Source of the DNA: Octopus sinensis
Taxonomy: Eukaryota
Assembly: GCF_006345805.1 (NCBI RefSeq)
Contig: NC_043000.1
Coordinates: 147,746,001 to 147,810,000, forward strand
DNA: 64,000 nucleotides
Reading direction: 5' to 3'
Below the pieces are notes generated by a model. The model was not told the origin of the DNA, made no database searches, and saw only the letters and a program-made list of their open reading frames with translations. Each line of letters opens with the position of its first letter. Positions within the stretch are counted from its first letter, which is position 1. The translations under genes were made by a program, and so were the position numbers. Shown here one piece after another: positions 37,282-50,100 of the stretch.

Positions 37282-37389
37282 TCTCTTTTTGAAATGTGTG
37301 GGGGCGATAGAAGTGGGCCTTCAAATTGGAATCATCTAATTTATGCTGATCTTAGTCAGAACAGTATTCAGAAGCTGGATTCATCTTTG
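37282..37389 (+). CDS. STK11IP: STK11IP coding exon 4 (SLFEMCGGDRSGPSNWNHLIYADLSQNSIQKLDSSL)
   Basis: poly-T gcag| ... TTG|gtattt; 108 nt; phase 0-0. Confidence 0.92.
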
Positions 37390-37556
37390 GTATTTTTATA
37401 TGTTTTTTACTTATTGTTTTTATTAATAATTGTTCATTGTCCAATATATTTGCTTTTAATAATTGTGGCCATTTTAAATAATTAACAATGTTGTGTAATT
37501 TCCAAACGATGAGATCTAAAAATCAATCCTATAAATTCTTAATTTCATTATATTAG

Positions 37557-37628
37557 AGGTTACTGCCAGCACTGAAGTATCTGGATTTGAGCCACAACAA
37601 TATTCAAAACCCTGAGAGACATTTAGAG
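37557..37628 (+). CDS. STK11IP: STK11IP coding exon 5 (RLLPALKYLDLSHNNIQNPERHLE)
   Basis: tattag| ... GAG|gtaaat; 72 nt; canonical LRR LxxLxLxxN. Confidence 0.92.
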
Positions 37629-37713
37629 GTAAATTGTCATTTCTTGCTGTTTATAAACAAAACCATATTTGATGATGCATGTTGAACTGAAATGAAGAAT
37701 TTGTCATGATATA

Positions 37714-37927
37714 AGGGGGTACTGACAAGTTCCTGGCTTTGGGTAAAGAAAAATTATAGGAGGATCAGTTAATTATGTTTTTATTCAACATATTTCCCTC
37801 TCAGATTCACACACTTTTTGCAGTGGTCTTTCAGTTTTTCTAAGCCCTGTGAAAATTCGGCTGCTTAGGCCTCCAACCAGGTCTTTCGCGATACCCTTAA
37901 AGCTGGGAACTTTTTAGCACTTCCTTG
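37714..37927. mobile_element. Mariner-derived MITE (second copy 58998-59206)
   Basis: TIR (C)GAGGGGGTGCTGAAAAGTTCCTGGCTT / AAGCCAGGAACTTTTCAGCACCCCCTCG flanked by TA in both copies. Confidence 0.8.
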
Positions 37928-39912
37928 TATATTCCACAGATTAGTTGTCAACTGTAACTGTAACATTAAAATGGATTTAAAACAATATGTCACTCATAAA
38001 TAGTGTGCATAAAGATATGTATAGGTAATGTATATAAATGAAACAAAGAGAAATTTAAAGAATTGTGTATAAAGAAAATAAGAATAAAATGTAAAATAGC
38101 TGAGGGAATATACAAGGGGAAGACAGTATTTGTTTATTAAGCTAAAGTGCTAATTAGTAATTTTGTTGAAATCTCCATACATAGTCTGTTTTTGAAATGT
38201 AAAAATTTTCCTGTATGAATAGGTAATGAGACCCTTGTTGAGATTTGAACCATAGTCCTCAGATTTTCTCTGTCTAGAACCACAAACAAAATTCCATAAA
38301 AGGAAAAGTGTTGCCAAAAAAAGGTATTAATGCCCATGTGAATATGGCCCAACCAATCAGTACAGACTGATATATTCATGGCTGAAGTAGCAATCTTCAA
38401 AGGAAGTATGCAAGGTTTCCTGCCAAACAGATTGGCTGAAGAGTCTAGGACTTTCAAGCCAACATTAATAAATAAGCAAGAGAATTCAACTTTAGGCAAA
38501 ACTGTCCCATGTTTTTATGGATCATTTTGCATCACCTTCTTATGGCATTTTCTCAGTTCTCACTCTGGTTAACCTAATGGAATTCTGTCAGTTGTTCTCT
38601 CTTATTCTCTTTCACTCATCTTATGTAACATGTTTATGTTGTCTTCAACAAAAGGTACCGACTTTAGCTTGTAATGTTAGTAACACATATTGATCATATA
38701 CAGTGGTTTATTTTCCTTATACAAGCTCCCTTACATTATCCAGCAAGTTATATAGAGGATTCCTAACAGTTATGTTTGTTGATCATTGTTTCATTAATTT
38801 ATTGAATGTCCATTTATAAATAGAACAATGTTGGGTTAATAAAATATTTGAATACTCAATTAAGCATTAGTGCAATTATTGTCTACACATGTGACCTATC
38901 CCACACTGTGAAGAATCAACGACTATATGACTAACTACCAAACTAAGAATATTTGTGTCCCTGGTATTGACAACAAGGCGGTGAGCTGGCAGAATCGTTA
39001 GCACGCCGGGCGAAAAGCGTAGCCGTATTTCGTCTGCCGTTATGTTCTGAGTTCAAATTCCACCGAGGTCAACTTTGCCGTTCATCCTTTTGGGGTCGAT
39101 AAATTAAGTACCAGTTATGCACTGGGGTCGATGTAATCGACTTAATACCTATGTCTGTCCTTGTTTGTCCCCTCTATGTTTAACCCCTTGTGGGTAATAA
39201 AGAAATAGGTATTGACAACCATAGATGAGATAGAATAGTATACAGCATATTAGATAGATCATAGTTCTCTAAATGAGACATAGTTTTATTAAGGTATACA
39301 CTTAAGATATTTAATAACAATGGATTGAGTGAGGATGACAAAAATTGTTGATTCATGTTAATCTTCTGTTACACTGAGGGGAACGAACGCTCATTATACA
39401 TTTGTTTCAGATAATTGTCTAAAAGTACATTAATATCATAATGCAGCAGGATTGGTGTCAGAATGTAAAAGACTGTAACTAAATACAACAAAGCATTTTA
39501 GCTGAGTTCAGATTCTGCCAAAGTCAGCTTTGCCTTTCACCTTTCTGAGATTGATTGATAAGATAAATATATAATCAAATATACAGATATCACCCACCAA
39601 AATTGTGGTTTTCAACTAATGCTAAACATCAATACTTTGATTGAAAACTATTTAAAATGTATTGGATATTAGACTAGACTCAAGATCAGTTATTGTGGTC
39701 AGTGTGAAGCATAGTTGGTGAAATCAATTTCTTGATTGTCTTTAAATAGGAAAAGGAGTAAAGTGGACTCTAGCAGAATTTGAATTCAGTGGGGGTAAAA
39801 CTAAATATTTCAAGGATTTTAGTCCAAAGCTCTGCTGTCTCCATGAATGTTTCACCACAATCTTCTTTAACAATATCTAAAATCCTTCTTTCTTAACATT
39901 TTTTTTTTTTAG

Positions 39913-40042
39913 AATCTGTTGTATGTTGAACAATTAAACTTAGCTTTCAACCATCTGACGACACTTCCACCACTGTCTACTCATACAAAGTCCTCAATCA
40001 AAACTCTTATTCTTAGAAACAATAATTTAACAGATCTGAATG
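39913..40042 (+). CDS. STK11IP: STK11IP coding exon 6 (NLLYVEQLNLAFNHLTTLPPLSTHTKSSIKTLILRNNNLTDLN)
   Basis: ttttag| ... G|gtaaga; 130 nt; phase 0 to 1; two LRRs. Confidence 0.92.
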
Positions 40043-40980
40043 GTAAGATATCAAATTCTCATATATTTTCTTTTCAATTTTTCATCATAATTTTAATATT
40101 CATCATCATCATCATCATCATAGAATTTGTTTTAATTATTAATTTCTATAGTAATTTTGTATAAGTTTTCATCATAATTTACACTCCACCTCCTCCCCAC
40201 TTCATCATCATCATTATTATTATTGAGGTGGCAAGCTGGCAAAACTGTCTGTGCACTGGATGAAATGCTTCGCAGCATTTTTTTCTGACTCCTTGTTCTG
40301 AGTTCAAATTCCACCAAGATCAACTTTCATGCTTACAGGGTTGATAAAGTATGTACTAGATGACTACTGGAGGGGGGGGGTTCAATATAATCAACTAATC
40401 CCCGCCTCCAAAATTTCTGACCTTGTGCCTTTAGAGAAAGAATTATCATTGTTATTTTTAAAGATTTTGTTTTCATAATTTTTAATTTCTATCAAATTAG
40501 AATATTTCTCTTTGTATAATTTTCTGAACTACTATACTATTTTCTGAACTACTATACTGTTTCAGTCCTTTCTCTTAAATCTCAGCTCATATCACATGAA
40601 TTACTCCTGAATATGCACTTGCTCTTCGACTAGATTAAATCTAAAGCCCTTTATTGCTAAACTAAAGTTAGCAATGTCTTTGTGCACTGTCAGTACATGT
40701 GTCAGTGTTTTTTTGTGAATAAGGAGAATATTACCATCTAACTTTAGGAATAAGGTTCCTAGTTTTAGTCCAAACCAGAACTGAGTACATAATCAAGAAT
40801 AAAGCATTTGACACCAATTAGAAATGGATTGATTGAAAATATTTTAACCTTTTAGCATTTCAACCAGCCATATACAGCCCAAATATTCTACTTATTTTAT
40901 CTTCACCTGGTCATATCTGGCTTCTCACACCTAATCTACAATGTCATTCTAAAAATAATCACATCATCAAAACTTCAAAG

Positions 40981-41202
40981 TTTCAGTGAACCTACTGAAA
41001 TGCATAAAAGTCTCTAGTAGTATCCATCTGGTATCTGCTGGTTAACCTATTATAACAAGAAGGACTTGAAAAATTTGACCACAATCATATCATAGATAAT
41101 AAGGCTACTGGTTCCAAGTCCTTCTTGTTATAATAGGTTAACCAGCAGATACCAGATGGATACTACTAGAGACTTTTATTCATTTCAGTAGGTTCACTGA
41201 AA
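40981..41202. repeat. 88-bp near-perfect inverted repeat (arms 40981-41068 / 41115-41202); 41071-41187 is directly duplicated at 42425-42541
   Basis: Arms match 87/88; the direct duplicate matches 114/117 (counted by hand). Confidence 0.9.
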
Positions 41203-41234
41203 AACGGTACAAATAAATAAGCATTACATTAGAC

Positions 41235-41453
41235 CAGTGGTTTTCAACCAGGGTTCCGCGGAACCTTAGGGTTCCGCCAGTACAGTCCAGGGGTTCCGCA
41301 AGAAGTTACAAAACTGCTAAAATCGGCAGTAATTTTTAATTCTCCTGTGCAGATATGTGTGCATAAGACTATTAAATTATTGCACAGGGGTTCCTCGAGC
41401 CAGTGGAATGTTTCCTTGGGGTTCCGCTCCAGCAAAACGTTTGAAAAGCACTG
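41235..41453. mobile_element. hAT MITE (second copy)
   Basis: CAGTGGTTTTCAACC...GAAAAGCACTG with perfect 8-bp TSD CATTAGAC (41227-41234 / 41454-41461). Confidence 0.92.
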
Positions 41454-42015
41454 CATTAGACAGAGTTATCTGAATGCTAAAAGGTTAAATATACATCCTA
41501 AAGATCTGGTTAATAGTTTGGAAATTTGTGATCTCAATAATATCCCATTAAGTTTTGCTTGGTATAGATTAAAAACACGATCCCATACTGAATGTGTGAT
41601 GCAATAATTTCTACCAATTACTTATTAGCAAAATTTGTATATATTCTATATTAAAATATGTTGTTTATATTACTGTATTTGTTAACGAGATTTCATGACC
41701 CAACTAGTGAACTTTTTACAAAACTTTTTACATACTCTGCTGTCTTTGTTTTGCATTGACACAGCTGACATAAGTAAACTGAAACTTTATATATCGACTG
41801 TTACTGTTCCATTCAATTAATTTCGGCAAAAAATAATTAGGTTAAAGCAAGGAGTGGTTGTGTGGTAAGTAGCTTGCTAACCAACCACATGGTTCCGGGT
41901 TCAGTCCCACTGCATGGCATCTTGGGCAAGTGTCTTCTGCTATAGCCCCGGGCTGACCAAAGCCTTGTGAGTGGATTTGGTAGATGGAAACTGAAAGAAG
42001 CCTGTCGTATATATG

Positions 42016-42048
<33 letters not shown>

Positions 42049-43304
42049 ATGTGTTTGTGTGTCTGTTTTTGTCCCCCTAGCATTGCTTGACAACTGATGC
42101 TGGTGTGTTTACGTCCCCGTTACTTAGCGGTTCGGCAAAAGAGACCGATAGAATAAGTACTGGGCTTACAAAGAATAAGTCCCGGGGTCGATTTGCTCGA
42201 CTAAAAGGCGGTGCTCCAGCATGGCCGCAGTCAAATGACTGAAACAAGTAAAAGAGTAAAAGAGTAATCCTACTGAGTTTAGAGAGAAGAATATAATGAG
42301 TTTTGGTAAGCCATTCATTAGTTATATTTGTGAAGTGAAACAGTTGTAGGTTGTAATTAAAACTAGGTCACAACCTTGTCTCACCTGCAGTCTACCTTGT
42401 ATGTTATCTGTAATGACAATAGTTAAATTTAACCACAATCATATCATAGATGATAAGGCTACTGGTTCCAAGTCCTTCTTGTTATAATAGGTTAACCAGC
42501 AGAGACCAGATGGATACTACTAGAGACTTTTATTCATTTCAAATGTTTTAGATTTGAAAGCGGGGACAAGATGGCTTGATCTTGTGGAAGTAGCATTTAT
42601 AATCTATAAATAAATTGAATTTTATTCATTGCCCTCTCATGGTGAGTTTGAATAAAAACAAACAATGGAAACCCGATACAACTGAACCTCACTGGTTGGT
42701 GAAAACACTAGTATTTTATATTCATTGCAAATAGATACTAACTGCAGTGCCGGCTCAGTTTTGTTTGTGTAGGTGTTCCGAAGCATCAAAAGAGGTTTCG
42801 GGCTTTGTAGTTTCCTACAAAGTTTTGTGTTCCTGGAAAAATCATTGGAAACTTGTTACATTATACTATTCTATATTAGTGTCCGGTGAGCTAAAGTTTT
42901 TCAAAACTGATGGTAACACCTTTTGGGGAGAGTAGTAGAAAAGTTTATATGGGTAATGGGAGTCGAAGGGAAGTGATAGGGGGTGATAGATGTATCTGTA
43001 CAGTTTTTAGCTTTAACCTTTGACTCCGATATAAATATTAACTTTGAAAGAATCTAAGTGTAATATTATGATAAATCGTTTTTTAGCCACAATAACCACA
43101 ACAATGTCAATAATAATGACATCAACAATAAATAACAGACTTCAAAAAGTGAATAAGTAAATAAACAAAACCTAATATAAACCACCTATGCTGAGAGTAT
43201 TCACCTTAACTAGAGTAGCAGCATATTCATTTATAGTACCTGGAATTAAATTAGTCCAGCATGAAATTACATGCATCATCATCATTATTTAATGTCCAGC
43301 CTCT

Positions 43305-44342
43305 CGCTCAGGGTAAAAGGTAGACTGTATGACGCATGTGTACGAACAGCCATGCTACATGGCAGTGAAACATGGGCCGTGACTGCTGAGGACATGCGTA
43401 AGCTCGCAAGGAATGAAGCCAGTATGCTCCGATGAATGTGTAATGACAGTGTGCATACTCGACAGAGTGTAAGTACCTTGAAAGAAAAGTTGGACCTGAG
43501 AAGCATCAGATGTGGTGTGCAAGAGAGACGACTGCATTGGTATGGTCATGTGGCGAGAATGGATGTGGATAGCTGTGTGCAAAAGTGCCACACCCTAGCG
43601 GTTAGGGGAACCTGTGAAAGAGGTAAACCCAAGTAGACCTAGGATGAGGTGGTGAAGCATGACTCTTGAACATTGGGCCTCACCGAGGCAATGGCTTGTG
43701 ACCGGGACCTTTAGAAATATGCTGTGCTTGAGAAGACTTGGCAAGCTCAAGTGAGACCATAACCTTGTGGCCTATGCCAGGGGTGTAACCAGCCCACTTA
43801 TGCATATCTTCCCTTCATTGAACACAAATCTCTGCTTGCGAAGACCTGTTGAGGCAAGTGAAATCGAAATCAAATTCGATGATTGGCATCCGTGCTAGTG
43901 GAGTGCTAAGAGTACCATACGAGCATGATTGTTGCCAGAGCAACAAGCTGGCCTCCATACAGATGGCATGTAAAAAAACACCATTCGAGCGTGATCGTTA
44001 CCTGCATCGCCTTACTGGCACTTGTGCTGGTGGCATGTGAAAAAATATTCAAGCGAGGTTATTGCCAGTGCCGCTGGACTGGCTCCTGTGCAGGTGGCAT
44101 GTAAAAAACACCATTTGAGCATGGCCATTGCCAGTACCGCCTGAGTGGCCCTCATGCCAGTGGCACGTAAAAGCACCCACTACACTCTCGGAGTGGTTGG
44201 CATTAGGAAGGGCATCCAGCTGTAGAAACTCTGCCAGATCAGATTGGAGCCTGGTGCAGCCATCTGGTTTGCCAGTCCTCAGTCAAATTGGCCAACCCAT
44301 GCTAGCATGGAAAGCGGACGTTAAACGATGATGATGATGATG
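43305..44342 (+). mobile_element. 5'-truncated RTE LINE: ORF2 C-terminus, 3' UTR with tandem units, (GAT)n tail
   Basis: LKEKLDLRSIRCGVQERRLHWYGHVARMDVDSCVQKC...RGKPK, then family-D units and GGACGTTAAACGATGATGATGATG. Confidence 0.85.
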
Positions 44343-47027
44343 CTGACTCTATGCTGGCATATGTTGGACAAATCTGAAGACTGCATTGTGCTCTAATGTC
44401 TACTTTGGTATGGTTTCTGTGGTTGTATACCCTTCCTAATGCCAACCACTTTACAACATGTAGTTAGTGCTTTTTTTTTTATTTTGTGACACCAATATTA
44501 GTGAAGATGCCCTGCAACCTGCATGACTAAGATCCCCAAGAACTGAGGAGTAGGGCTGTAGTGGAGTGGGAAATGGATTTATGCTAGGAGATGACGTGTG
44601 AAAGTGTGAGTGAATAGGTTTCTTTCTGTTAAGGAAGCAGGCATTGAATGTAGCAAGGGGACACTAAAAAACTATTAGGAAAAGAAAAAGGGTGACAGTT
44701 AAAAAAAGTTTGAGAAACACTGTTCATTGTCATCATCATTGTTTAATGTCTGCCTTCCATGCTGGCATGGGTGGAACAGTGTGACAGGATCTGGCCAGGC
44801 AGAAACCTACACCAGATTTCTCTGTCTGTTTTAGCAGGATTTTTACAGCTGGACGCCCTTCCTAACACCAACAACCCAGAAGAGTGGACTGAGTGCTTTT
44901 TACATGGCACAAGTACAGGCAAGGTCAGTTTTGGCAAGGATTTTACTGCTGGATGCCCTTCCAAATGCCAAGCACTATACTTTGTGGACTGGGTACTTTT
45001 TAAGTGGCACCTGCACTAACAGGGTCACCAAGTAACTTGCAAGTCAAAAATCAAATGATAGAAGCTTATAGTGAGACATAGAGACAGAAACATGTCTTGC
45101 TGTAGAGGAGGTACAAGGTTACCCAGCTGGAGAGAGAGATCAGGAATGAGGACAGAATCAAGTGTGCTGCCATAAAGGAGATACATGTTTACCCAACCTG
45201 AGGGTAGAGCAGGAGAAGGAGAGAGTGGGCGACAGCAGGCTAGAGATGGTGGCAAAGTGCTGGGCATGCTCACAAGGGAGGGGGGATCAGAATATAAATG
45301 GAATGGTTGAGTAAAGGAAGAGAGAGAGATATAGAAGGTGGCAAGTTCCAGGGCATACCCTTGAGGTTTGATGGTCATAATATAAGTGACAGGACATTGC
45401 CAAAGAAGTGTGATTAGAGAGTGAGGAGGGAAATGCAGCGAGTGGTGAAAACCTGGGTATATATGGGGTGGGGTCTACCAGATAGCAATGGTACAGAGAA
45501 ACAGGGCCTTGCCGACAGGATTGGGGAGTGAGAGGTTAGCATATTGCATGAAGGAAATGTGAGGAAGAGAAGAGATGTAGTTTGGTTTGTTGGGGTAGGG
45601 TGTGTGAAAAGTTTTCTTATGTGTGGGTAGGACACACAGGTTGGTGGGGGTGGGGGACTAACAGATAACAATGATACAGTGGAACAGGGTCAAGAGGACA
45701 GGATTGGAGAGTGGAAGGTTAGCATAGTGTATGAAAGTGGAAAGGTGAAGAAGAGGTGTGGAGATGTAATTTGGTTTGTTTGGGTAGGGTGTGTGGAACT
45801 CAGTTTCGTTGATGTGGGTGGGTCTAAAATGCGGTTATTCAGTATGCTGGAAATAGCAGCCAAATCTTCCTCATATTGACACTATTGTTTTTTTTAAAAA
45901 AGGCAGAGCACATTAGATAATGTATATTTAGATATATTATGCACAAAATAGATGGGATGATTACAGCGGTAATAACTGAGTTTAGGTGGTAGCAATGACA
46001 CTAGAGTCAAACATTGTTTGACTCACAATCATCTGATAGTTGTTGGTGATTAAAACTCAGAATGGACAGTTTTAAATTTGTCTAATTCATTTAAAAAAAT
46101 GTTTTGTATAAAACATCACAATGGCCACATGCTAACTCCAAAAGTTATTTTGAAACAAAACTAAATATGTACACACTATACAGTAAATTAGTTTCTTTTA
46201 CGCTATATATAAGGCGGTGAGTTGGCAGAATCGTTAGCACGTCAGACAAAATACTTAGTGGTATTTCGTCTGCCGCTACGTTCTGAGTTCAAATTCTGCC
46301 GAGGTCGACTTTGCCTTTCAGCCTTTCAAGGTCAATGAATTAAGTATTAGTTGTGTACTGGGGTTGATGTAATCTACTGGCCCCCTCCCCCAAAATTTCG
46401 GGCCTTGTGCCTAGAGTAGAAAAGTATATATATTATTATTATTATTAAAGCTGCAAAAACATCACAAAATATCAAGAAACTGCTACTCAGAGTTTCACAT
46501 TCCCATTTGTCGGACAAATCTAGACTGTCCAATGAACAAGAATGTGAAGTTTTGAGTAGCATTTTTTGTGATATTTTGCAATGTTTTTGCAGCTTTGATA
46601 ATAATAAAGCATATTACTCTACCTCCAGTATTCGAATACTATTTTTCCCCAACTTGTTTCACATTTATGTAGAAAATGGAGAGTATATTTTAGATTAGAA
46701 AAGAACTTTGTTTATCTTAATTATGAAAAATAAAAGTCTAAACCTTCCCCACTCCTATTAAATATGTGATGACCCAATATAAATGAACAGTTTAATCACT
46801 CTCTTCCTCGCACCCCTCACATTTCTTCACCTTCTATGTTTAAACTTTGTTTGTGAGTCTACTCTGATTCACTTTTATCTCTTATATACACTGTGACAGC
46901 TTTTTGTTCTTATCTGTTGGCTATTATTGTTTTTACACATCATCACACTTTTCTTGTCTATTTTGATTACTTGAGATTCTATTCATTTATTTTGTGACTC
47001 ACCACCTGTCATTCTGTAATCTCTCAG

Positions 47028-47131
47028 GTGTTGAAGAGTTGGGTTATTTAACGGAATTTGATGCTTCTGGTAACTTTCTTTCTGACCATTCTTGCCTTGC
47101 TGTTATATCAGGGATGCATCGGCTAAAAAGG
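47028..47131 (+). CDS. STK11IP: STK11IP coding exon 7 (G-VEELGYLTEFDASGNFLSDHSCLAVISGMHRLKR)
   Basis: ctctcag| ... AGG|gtgagt; 104 nt; phase 1 to 0. Confidence 0.92.
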
Positions 47132-50100
47132 GTGAGTATTTGTCTTTATTTAATCATTTCTATTCCTTTTTGTTTTTTTTTTTACCAAAATACCGGATTT
47201 CAGTTATTAGTTGTTGGTATGAGCATGACGACTTACCTTCTTTATAAATGTAAAAAATCATGCCTATGTTAGACATTTACTCACTGTTATTACTCTAAGA
47301 CTTCCACCTTGTTCTTTTTTATTTTTCCTTTGGGGAAGGGGATTCTCCCTTTTTAATTCTTTTTTTTTTTTTAAATTCATGGAAGATGACTTTATTTTGC
47401 TGTTTGATATTAAGTAATATTGTTCAACTTTTAGTTGAGCATGCATGTACAGTGGTAGTCTGTCGACTAGTTAGATGTAACTCCGAATCTCAGCACTTCA
47501 AACATCCAAACATGAAACATCTGGTATTTTCAGTTTGGGTCGAACTTTTGTGTTTGATCAGCAGCCTTTTTCTGACCATCTACTCTTTATTTTGAATGTG
47601 TAATAATAAAATATTTCAAATTAGCTGTCACCAGTTTAATGAAGATCTGCTTTGGTTGAGTTGAATGAAATGTGGTTGAGTGTAATGAAGATATACTTTG
47701 GTTGAGATGGAAGAACAACAAATCTGTTGAAGTTCCAAACATAAAATATTTATTTAACGAAACAATGTATCATTACTATGAATGACAGAAAAGAAATATT
47801 TATACCAGAGTGGCTGTGTGGTAAGTAGTTTGCTTACCAACCACATGGTTCCGGGTTCAGTCCCACTGCGTGGCACCTTGGGCAAGTGTCTTCTACTATA
47901 GCCTCGGCCGACCAAAGCCTTGTGAGTGGATTTGGTAGACGGAAACTGAAAGAAGTCCGTCGTATATATGTGTATATATATGTGTGTGTGTGTATGTTTG
48001 TGTGTCTGTGTTTGTCCCCCTAGCATTGTTTGACAACCGATGCTGGTGTGTTTATGTCTCCGTCACTTAGTGGCTCGGCAAAAGAGACCGATAGAATAAG
48101 TACTAGGCTTACAAAGAATGTCCCGGGGTCGAGTTGCTCAACTAAAGGCGGTGTTCCAGCATGGCCACAGTCAACTGACTGAAATGAGTAAAAGAGAGCT
48201 CTGCAGTTTGTATGAAATATTGCATGCCATGAAGGACTAGCTGTGAGTGGTGTAGATTCTAGCAGCCAGCTGGTTTTAAGTTGTACATGACCACTGTTGT
48301 CATTGTTAGTGTTAAAGTGGCAGAGATGTGACAGCCATCTGTCTTGGCTAAGTTGCGACCACTTGTTTCAGTCATTTGACTGTGGCCATGCTGGAGCACC
48401 GCCTCTAGTCAAGCAAATCTACCCCAGGACTTATTCTATCAGCCTCTTTTGCCGAACCTCTACGTTACGGGGACATAAACACACCAGCATTGGTTGTCAA
48501 GCGATGTTGGGGGGGGGGGACAAACACATACACACAATGATACACACACACACATACGACGGACTTCTTCCAGTTCCCGTCTACCAAATCCACTCACAAG
48601 GCTTTGGTCGGCCCGAGGCTATAGTAGAAGACACTTGCCCAAGATGCCACGCAGTGGGACTGAACCCATGACCATGTGGTTGGTAAGCAAGCTACTTACC
48701 ACATAGCCACTCCTGCGCCTATAATATAATATGTGCATATAATATATGTCTTGCAAAGAAAAGGTGCCAAAAGATGTAATTGTTAACGATAATCTCATAT
48801 GTTGTTTACAACGATGGAATTTAATGAGTTAAATGTTTGCTGGGTCTATTGATTTTAGTGGTCAGTTCTTTGCACACATCATCAATCCTTGACAGTATCC
48901 TGTTTTGGATATTGTTAATTTTCGGAGCCTGGTGCAGCCTTCTGGCTTCCCAGATCCCCGGTCGAACCGTCCAACCCATGCTAGCATGGAGAACGGACGT
49001 TAAACGATGATGATGATGATACAGTTATTTGGGCTCAATTCCTAGGCATTGAGTTGGTGTTTGGGACTCTACTAAATATTCTTGCTGCAAGTGTATCGTT
49101 CAAATCTTTGATTTTTAAACATGCATCCCCCCATTTTATTTGATATCAAAGAATATGTCCAAAGAGATTTGGTTACTGCATTGAAGATCTTTAATATCTG
49201 TATGAAAAAGCTCTCAATGTTTTACATTGATTGGTATTATTGTTTAGTCCCAGGTCAGCTCTGATCAAAGAGACTTGTAATCAATGGCATTCCAGTTGTA
49301 ACCATTCTGCTTTTTAGGGGTGTCCAACACTAAATTATCCTTATTTAAAACAGTAGGCTAATATTTCTCATAGTTTGAGTGACCACGATAATATTGATAT
49401 TTTCAAGGCCTGTTATGATATTTTGTTGTCTTGCCATTAGTCATCATAGCTGAAAATAGGGGCCACTTTCATGGTTGAATACAGGCTTGGTATTAATTTC
49501 CAATTTTGGTACAAGGCCACAATTTTTTATAGAAGGTAAGTGGTCAATTAAAATGAACTCTAAATGGATGAACTGCAAAATCAAATCTAGGTTCAAATAC
49601 CACCTAGATTTGAACTCATAACATAAAGTGATGTAACTAATACTACAAAGTATTTAATCTAGTGCTCTATTAATTCTTTTATTCCATCATTCTTAACAAG
49701 TTTGATATTTAGAAGGGCTCATTAACACATGGAGAGATTTTCATTCTGAGTTCAAAACTTTAGTAAAAAGGAAAACGTGCTTCACATGTTTATTGGAGAA
49801 AATACATGTGAAAATGTTGATTTCTTTTGACAAGCTATTTGTGTGTTAACGTATCTAGAACAGGAAGCATTAAAAATATGCTACCAAGAAAAGATTATGC
49901 ACTAAGGACAAAGCAATATCAGTCATCGACTAATGGTATTTTGATTCAATTACTCTTACTCTTTTTACTCTTTTACTTGTTTCAGTCATTTGACTGCGGC
50001 CATGCTGGAGCACCGCCTTTAGTCGAGCAAATCGACCCCGGGACTTATTCTTTGTAAGCCCAGTACTTATTCTATCGGTCTCTTTTGCTGAACCGCTAAG

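Noticed and set aside
38430-38460. Hammerhead-like CTGAAGA-GTCTAGGAC motif
   Set aside because: Followed by TTTC rather than GAAA, with no stem III or UH; the core order is wrong on both strands. The CTGATGA at ~56995 on the minus strand likewise lacks GAAA.
38137-38499. 120-aa minus-strand ORF
   Set aside because: No recognisable motif or splice structure; intronic and antisense to STK11IP; probably chance or decayed TE.
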